A stretch of 64,000 bases of DNA from Cirrosporium novae-zelandiae (taxonomy: Eukaryota), in assembly GCA_026023565.1 (NCBI GenBank), contig JAPETS010000019.1, positions 1-64,000 on the forward strand, written 5' to 3'. The notes under the pieces were generated by a model. That model ran no database searches. It was not told the DNA's origin and worked only from the letters and a program-made list of their open reading frames with translations. The position numbers were made by a program, and so were the translations under genes. Shown piece by piece: positions 57,795 through 64,000 of the stretch. Each line of letters begins with the position of its first letter. Position 1 is the stretch's first letter.

Positions 57795-60074
57795 TTAATT
57801 ATTCAGAAAGTCGTCCATAATCATACCCATATACGCATCATAATTGAAAGGCATCGTGTTGGTATATTCTAGAAGCTCATCGACATGGTCTTGACCATAA
57901 GTTTGTGTCGAAAAGTCGCTATTTCCCTGAGACGGTATGTTATGATTCGATAGACCTTCAATAGCTGAAACACAAGGTACGGAGTTAGTCTCAATAGTTG
58001 GATTTTCTCTACTTATACTCGCACCCTTCAATCCTGTCGCGGCAAGAGCAGTCTCAATACTTTCTATTCGAGCTGAGATGATTGATTTACAAGCCATCCT
58101 GGAGAGACATTCGAGCCCCTTGTGGATCTCTGCGAGATGTTTGTCCCGCTCGTTACCGAATTGGCCATCAAGGATTAAAGTGAAACATGAAGTTTCGATG
58201 AAAAAGGCATTAGGCGGTAGATTCTAGTCGAAAAATTTAGTCCATTGCCACTGAGAGAATGGTGCAAGTATGATCAAAATGGGGCATATACCTTTACCAA
58301 AGAGTCAGTGATGAAGATTTGCGCAAGCGTTGATATGATCATTTTTGCGGAGTGGACGGCATATTGGGATGCTTCTGGTAATGAGAGCCCATTGTCGATG
58401 ACAGTGGAATTCTTTGGGTCTAAATCATTTCTTGTAGAAGAGTTTCGAAGTGTATTCTGTAAGACACGGAAAATTAGGAAAGGTCTATAGTTGATGAGAA
58501 TTGCATAATGGTATACTGAATGATTCGTTAACTCTATCATATAGGTGAAATTTGACTTATAGACACTTACAAATGACTGTTAAACAGCTAACATCATCTA
58601 GTTGCCGGCTGTTTTCCCCATGGACCAGCAAGCATTTCCCTGAGGTTTCTATTGCAACCCTATCAAGATGGTGATGAAAGGCTTGCGAGGATTCCCAGAG
58701 CACGTTGAGCTCAAGCTTCTTTTGCTCTTGAAATCTTTGTATCTCAGAGATCACTTGGGTGAGTTTTGCTACTGATGAAAGGACAGGACAGGAGTCACTT
58801 TCCGCAATGAGTGTCTCGGGGGAAAAAGAGGACGGTTTCCCCAGCGTGAAGCAAATATATCTACAACAGATTTATTGTTAGTAAACGCACGAGTAGAAAC
58901 CTCCGTTTGGGGCTCCATGTGTCTAAATAATACAACTGAAGGGCCTACTTCTCAAAACCGTATACAGCTAGAAGTGTTGTTTTCGCATCTGGTCCGGCAT
59001 TCGACTGCCAACCCGACGAAAACACTAGATTCTGCAGGCCAGCAGTAAGCGGCTTGCGAACAGCTGATCCTGAACACAGGTATGCCAGCTCATGATGACC
59101 CGCATGTGACAGATATTGAGCGTGAATGCTTCAGAGATGTCAGGATCACTATTCGTCGAGATGTGAATGGGTCACTTATCAGAAGAAGATCATTTTGAAT
59201 GACTGAAAGACTGACCATTCCAGAGACCATGTTTGCATATAATTGTGATTTTTTGTAAAAAAAATCGCCTAACTCATGATGCAATGTGCAGGTAGCTCCG
59301 ATGGCTAAGATGGCGAGCACGTTGGCGCGGTCAGCTGCTGCGATTTGAATCATGATTGGTAACCCATATAGATCGCACAGGCAGATGTTCAGGAGATCAA
59401 TGTTCTGAAGTGGGAGAAAATACCATAAAGTCGATTTATACGAGTCTAGAAAAAGTCTGCAGAGTTGTACTGGGATGGCTGAAAAGTCAGTGTAAGTCAA
59501 GGATGGAGTCCGTGGAATTGATAGTGATGTACTGATCTCCGAAAATATCCGCGATCGGTAGTGAAAGAAATCCATAGCCAAGTTGCCGTCGATGAAATTT
59601 TCATTATTGACCTGTCGATAATCCACTGACTGCATAGCGTCAAAGAGGTGCTGTAGCATGGCTAGGCTAGATGTTGGACCGTATAATGCTTCGGCATTGC
59701 TCACAGGTAACACATGTGTGACATGAATTGATTTCAAGATTCTTCGGATAATGACGCTTTCATGAGTCCTAGAGGATGGATGCATCGCTTCTTCCCGTTG
59801 CGAACTAGAATCATGACTGGTAGAGTCGTGTCTCTGGGTTTTCAATGGCTTAGCCCCTGGTCGTCGTCGTAAGATATTGCGAAAAGAGCATCGGGTACTC
59901 TTTTCAGTACACCGACAGCAAGGATTGGCACCATCACATCTCAGCTTTCTTTTCCGGCACTCCTCGCACGCTTTATGAACGTACGGCTGTTTGCGTTGCG
60001 CTATGGTGACATAAGAATAGGCTGATGGAGATGATAGGAAGAAGATAGTTACTTTTATGTTTCATAGACTCCAT
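57795..60074 (-). CDS. Zn(II)2Cys6 transcription factor with fungal-specific TF (MHR) domain; exons 60074-60053, 60000-59180, 59121-58949, 58860-58571, 58515-58292, 58223-57795
   Basis: ACEECRKRKLRCDGANPCCRCTEKSTRC, LYGPTSSLAML, GSAVRK..AGL, ICFTLGKPSS, YHYAILINYRPFL. Four GT-AG introns plus one AT-AC intron give an uninterrupted frame. Confidence 0.88.
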
Positions 60075-61049
60075 GGTCAGAACCTTTTCCTAGCTCTATT
60101 TTTTTATAAAATCACTTTAGGTGTGGCTATTAGCTACCTCTCACATCGAATTGGAGGTCTCATGGGTAGCCAAGCCGATTCTAGAGCTTAGAATTAACCA
60201 CCAGAGAGGGCACAATACCGTATGGTTTCAAGCATAAACGGTGGTGATGCACTAGACTGGGTGACTGATTGTCAGGAATTGGAAGAAGTCTAAGCCACGG
60301 TGGGTGAAAAGAATTGGGAAACTCGAAGGCCCAATACTGTATATCTACTTATATTTACGAGCAGACGTTTTCCAAATGATAGAGGTTCCGTTTAAACCTT
60401 ATTTTCGGACTAATGATCAGCATAGCACAAATAAGGCATAATCGAACTGTATAAGGGCCTTGGCGTTCATAGCATTAAAAGTTCATAAAAGTTGTGGGGA
60501 ATATTAATGTGGCTCGTGCACCAACAGTATAACGAAATATGACGAAATCCCCAGCATTTGCCGGATAACTGGCATTTCTGTGCTAGAAATTATCAACACC
60601 TCGCAAACAACAAGAACGCGACACAGAAAAGAGAGTGCTCTCCTGTGAATTTATTTCTCATCTAAAACAACAGAAAATATCCAGTCGCCCACTCGCAGGT
60701 TAGCTATCTTTTCTGTATCTGTTTTCCCTCCTTCACCGAAATACTTCAGTAAGACTACATGGATCGTCTCTTAGAAATTATTAAATTACTTCCATCATTA
60801 CAATATAACCCGTAACAACTCGACCAATAGCTCTAATAAACTAAAACGTTGTCGCCATAGGAGACAATCAGATAGCCAGAAGTATCGCAAGAATGAATAA
60901 GACAGTATATGATTGATCAGAATATTGTAAATGCTAAGTGTGAGACCAACAATAATAGAGCTCCGATAGGAAGAGCAAAAATGTCGAAAACAGAAGATTT
61001 AATAACCGTTAACCGGATAGGCTCGAGCAATCGCAAGGATATTACCGTC

Positions 61050-61660
61050 CATGCCGGTCATTAATCTCATGAAAATACGGATCTGGTCAAGGCTGAGGGA
61101 CTTTTGAGCCTGCGGCAACTGAAACTGGTCTAGAGATGCTTATAAAAACGTGAAGAATATCCTAGCCAATAAATATTACCTACTATCTTTGATATGGCGA
61201 AGTTTATGCTCAACGGAGACAATATTCTTAAATGGACAGGACTAAAAGGGATGACATCGGTAAAAGAATGATATCTACGGAGAATGGTTCTAGTTGCATT
61301 AGAAAAGTGTTTCAAAGATGGACAAATAAGTCACTTATAGGTAAAGTGGTTATAAACAAATATGAGAACATTGCTAAACACAGATTGTCACATCAAGAAA
61401 TAGTCTTTTCTGCAGACGGATCCGTCAAAACGAAACATGGAAAGAGCAAATGGCACAGCGAAAAAGTAACGACGAAGTCTTGCTAGAATATTTGAACAAA
61501 GAATAAAAAGGCAGAAGAACGCAAAGCACGGAAGGTTGCGTGAGATCATTGCCGGTAGGAAAACCGAAACAAATCAGTACCTACAGCTCAAAAGCGGACT
61601 TGTAGTGACAGTAGGACATTTTCATCAGATCAAGTGACAGGCAGACACCAAATACTAATA
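61050..61660 (+). mobile_element. Possible relic of a pogo/Fot1-like transposase
   Basis: Stop-riddled frames give LLSLRQLKLV..IFDMAKFML..IGK(E*)YLR (CENP-B HTH-like) and KRTCSD..GH (terminal Zn-knuckle-like). No DDE core or TIRs seen. Confidence 0.3.
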
Positions 61661-62221
61661 ATATAGCGAACTGGAGCGGAAAGTTCATCCTCTAGTGGTC
61701 AAATGCTAATAATGGAAGACCCAGAGGAGGGAGTTAATCATGCATCTGAAAGAGAAAAAAAATAGATATATCGCCTGGGTTAAATCAGTATAAATAAAGA
61801 AGAAAGTGATGATGAAAAGTAATTAGACAGATAGGACATATAGACCTAGGGGGTGAAGATATAAAGAGTACAAACGGAGAAAAGGGATGGGGCCAAACCA
61901 TACCAGCAAGGCATTGGTAGGCGAGACAAAGCATTAAATGGGTATTGGGAAAAGGAGTAGGCTGGAGACGCACCTTATAACCACACCGCCCAACACAGGC
62001 ACATTCTCATATATATACTATCATAGACCGATAGCCTAGATATATTACAACGGAATCAATCAATCAATCAATCAAGTACACCTACAGTAGTAGCAGCGAG
62101 AGAAATAGGATAGATTAAGAGAAATCCAAGGCGAGGCATTGCTCGACACAGATTAGATCTAGGAATTCGGAGACGGGTTGAATATTCACTCAGAGAAGAC
62201 ACTCTTAATTGAGTCGCGCAA

Positions 62222-62618
62222 AATTCCGAGTGGATATTCCAATTAAAAGCCGAATGTGGACCACTAAAAACTTGATGAGTATTGAAAAGGAGTACAAAAT
62301 CATGTGTGCAGAGGGTGGAATTCCGTCTGATCCAAGCTCTCATGCGGAATTACGACCCACCTAATTCCGAGCTTCTATCCATGTATCCAATTGCCTACGT
62401 CGTTTTGGGATGGCCAATTCCGAGGATATAAAATAAAAGGGACCATGAAACTTAGAGAGTGGCTAAGACATCGTTTGACAATTAATTGAACCCTAGACTC
62501 GCGTTTATCTATTCTAATAGGACAAAACCAACGTTTTGTATTTTGTATTGGGAGTGTCTCGAGATTCTATTATCTTGAGATGTGTACCCACATCATGTTT
62601 CCTACGAAGAAAATTCCG
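62222..62618. promoter_or_regulatory. Six AATTCCG/CGGAATT motifs, candidate Zn2Cys6 binding sites
   Basis: Exact 7-mers at 62222, 62319, 62345 (reverse), 62363, 62416, 62612, i.e. 220-620 bp upstream of the hydrolase ATG. Confidence 0.55.
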
Positions 62619-62840
62619 TGATTATATATTTTTTAAAACGTATATTTTCTTCCCCCCTAGATATGTTCCATATGGCTACAACTAGGTTTAAATAGCAAGT
62701 CAGCCCACTTGTCGATCTAATTTCTCCTGTTTCCTTTTATATTCCATACCTTAGGTTCTTGTTCTTTCACTGCAACTTATAAGATCTCTATTGCTTTCCC
62801 CCTCTTTCTCTTTCGTTTTAGATCTCTTCAATCTTCAAAG

Positions 62841-64000
62841 ATGGAGAGCATTCCTATCTCCCCAAGTGCCGTAACCTCTGAAGCGTCGCTAGCTAATACC
62901 AGCTACGTAGCCCTTCCAGAAAAGGCCACCATCGTCAATGGTACCCTGAAGATCTACGGCAATGACGCATATCCTGTCCCTTACCGGCGTGCACTCGCCC
63001 TTGATGCTGCCCGTGCTCGCTACCCTGGCTTTAATCAAACTACCTATTACCTCAAGAGTGGAACTCTTCGCCTCAAAGGTGCCAAGCCGTTATCATGCGA
63101 CATCATTTTCGAGCGTGACGTTGCTATGACATTGCGCGATGGAACTATTATATATACCGATATCTTCCGCCCTACTGGATCCCAGAAGGTACCCGCTATT
63201 GTCGCTTGGTCTCCCTACGGTAAGGAAGTTGGCGGTCAACGGTTGGATGATCTACCCAGGCGCTTTGGTGTTGCCGTCGACGCTGCTTCTGACCTTGAAA
63301 AGTTCGAGGCTGCAGATCCAGCCTATTGGGTTGCTCAGGGTTATGCAATTATCAACCCTGATTCCCGTGGCTCTGGTATGTCTGAGGGCAACATAACTTA
63401 TTGGGGTCGTCAGCTTGCGGAAGATGGCTATGACTTTATTGAGTGGACTGCCCAGCAGGCATGGAGCAACGGAAAGGTTGGCATGTCCGGTAACTCCTGG
63501 CTTGCTATCTCACAATGGTTCATTGCAGCTGAGCAGCCCCCTCATTTAGCTGCTATTGCTCCCTGGGAAGGTCTCACTGATCTTTACCGCGATGTTACCA
63601 ACAGAGGTGGCATCCCAGCTCCTGCCTTCGAGGAAATGATCATGGCAACCTTAAGCGGTAATAATCTAATCGAGGATCGAGCTCGTATGATCATAAAGGA
63701 GCCAATTATTTCCCCTTATTGGCAAGATAAGATCGCTCAACTCTCCAAGATTAAGGTTCCCGCCTATATTGTGGCTAGCTACACCAACGTGCTTCATACC
63801 CACGGCTCCTTTCAGGCCTTCCGCGATATCAGTTCCACTCATAAATGGCTCCGCGTCCACAACACAAATGAATGGCCTGACTACTATGACTCCGCTCACG
63901 TCCAGGACTTGAACAAATTCTTCGATTGCTATCTTAAGAATATTGATAACGGTTGGAAGGAGACTCCTACTGTTCGACTCGCAGTGCTTGATCCTGGTCA
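62841..64000 (+). CDS. CocE/NonD family alpha/beta hydrolase (peptidase S15 / X-Pro dipeptidyl-peptidase-like), 3'-truncated by window end
   Basis: Open frame from ATG 62841 to the window end: DVAMTLRDG.IYTDIFRP, WSPYGK, DPAYWVAQGYAIINPDSRGSGMSEG, WSNGKVGMSGNSWLA (nucleophile motif), HLAAIAPWEG. Confidence 0.92.
   Translation, partial: MESIPISPSAVTSEASLANTSYVALPEKATIVNGTLKIYGNDAYPVPYRRALALDAARARYPGFNQTTYYLKSGTLRLKGAKPLSCDIIFERDVAMTLRDGTIIYTDIFRPTGSQKVPAIVAWSPYGKEVGGQRLDDLPRRFGVAVDAASDLEKFEAADPAYWVAQGYAIINPDSRGSGMSEGNITYWGRQLAEDGYDFIEWTAQQAWSNGKVGMSGNSWLAISQWFIAAEQPPHLAAIAPWEGLTDLYRDVTNRGGIPAPAFEEMIMATLSGNNLIEDRARMIIKEPIISPYWQDKIAQLSKIKVPAYIVASYTNVLHTHGSFQAFRDISSTHKWLRVHNTNEWPDYYDSAHVQDLNKFFDCYLKNIDNGWKETPTVRLAVLDPG

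Overview
Filamentous-ascomycete (Pezizomycotina) genomic DNA with short spliceosomal introns (GT..CTRAY..YAG). There are two gene-dense blocks. 0.3-18.7 kb holds a Ser/Thr-rich protein, coatomer zeta, BCKDH E1-beta, an SDR, an intron-containing tRNA-Lys(CTT), an omega/Xi-type glutathione transferase, and a co-oriented inositol transporter + Gfo/Idh/MocA dehydrogenase + SIS sugar-phosphate isomerase trio. 40.4-47.2 kb holds MAK5, TRM7, COQ5 and BCKDH E1-alpha. The ~21 kb between them has no intact gene. It contains RIP-like degraded ORFs of unrecognised families (one ~76-aa domain present twice at ~70% aa identity), two same-orientation degenerate tandem arrays, a 485-bp LTR element with a 5-bp TSD, LTR relics and a Cys/Thr-rich pseudogene fragment. 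47.3-57.7 kb is intergenic with MITE-like elements. The window ends with a six-exon Zn2Cys6 factor that appears to need a non-canonical AT-AC intron. It is divergent from a CocE/NonD hydrolase (runs off the end) whose promoter carries six AATTCCG/CGGAATT sites. All calls are from manual reading and translation; no searches were run.
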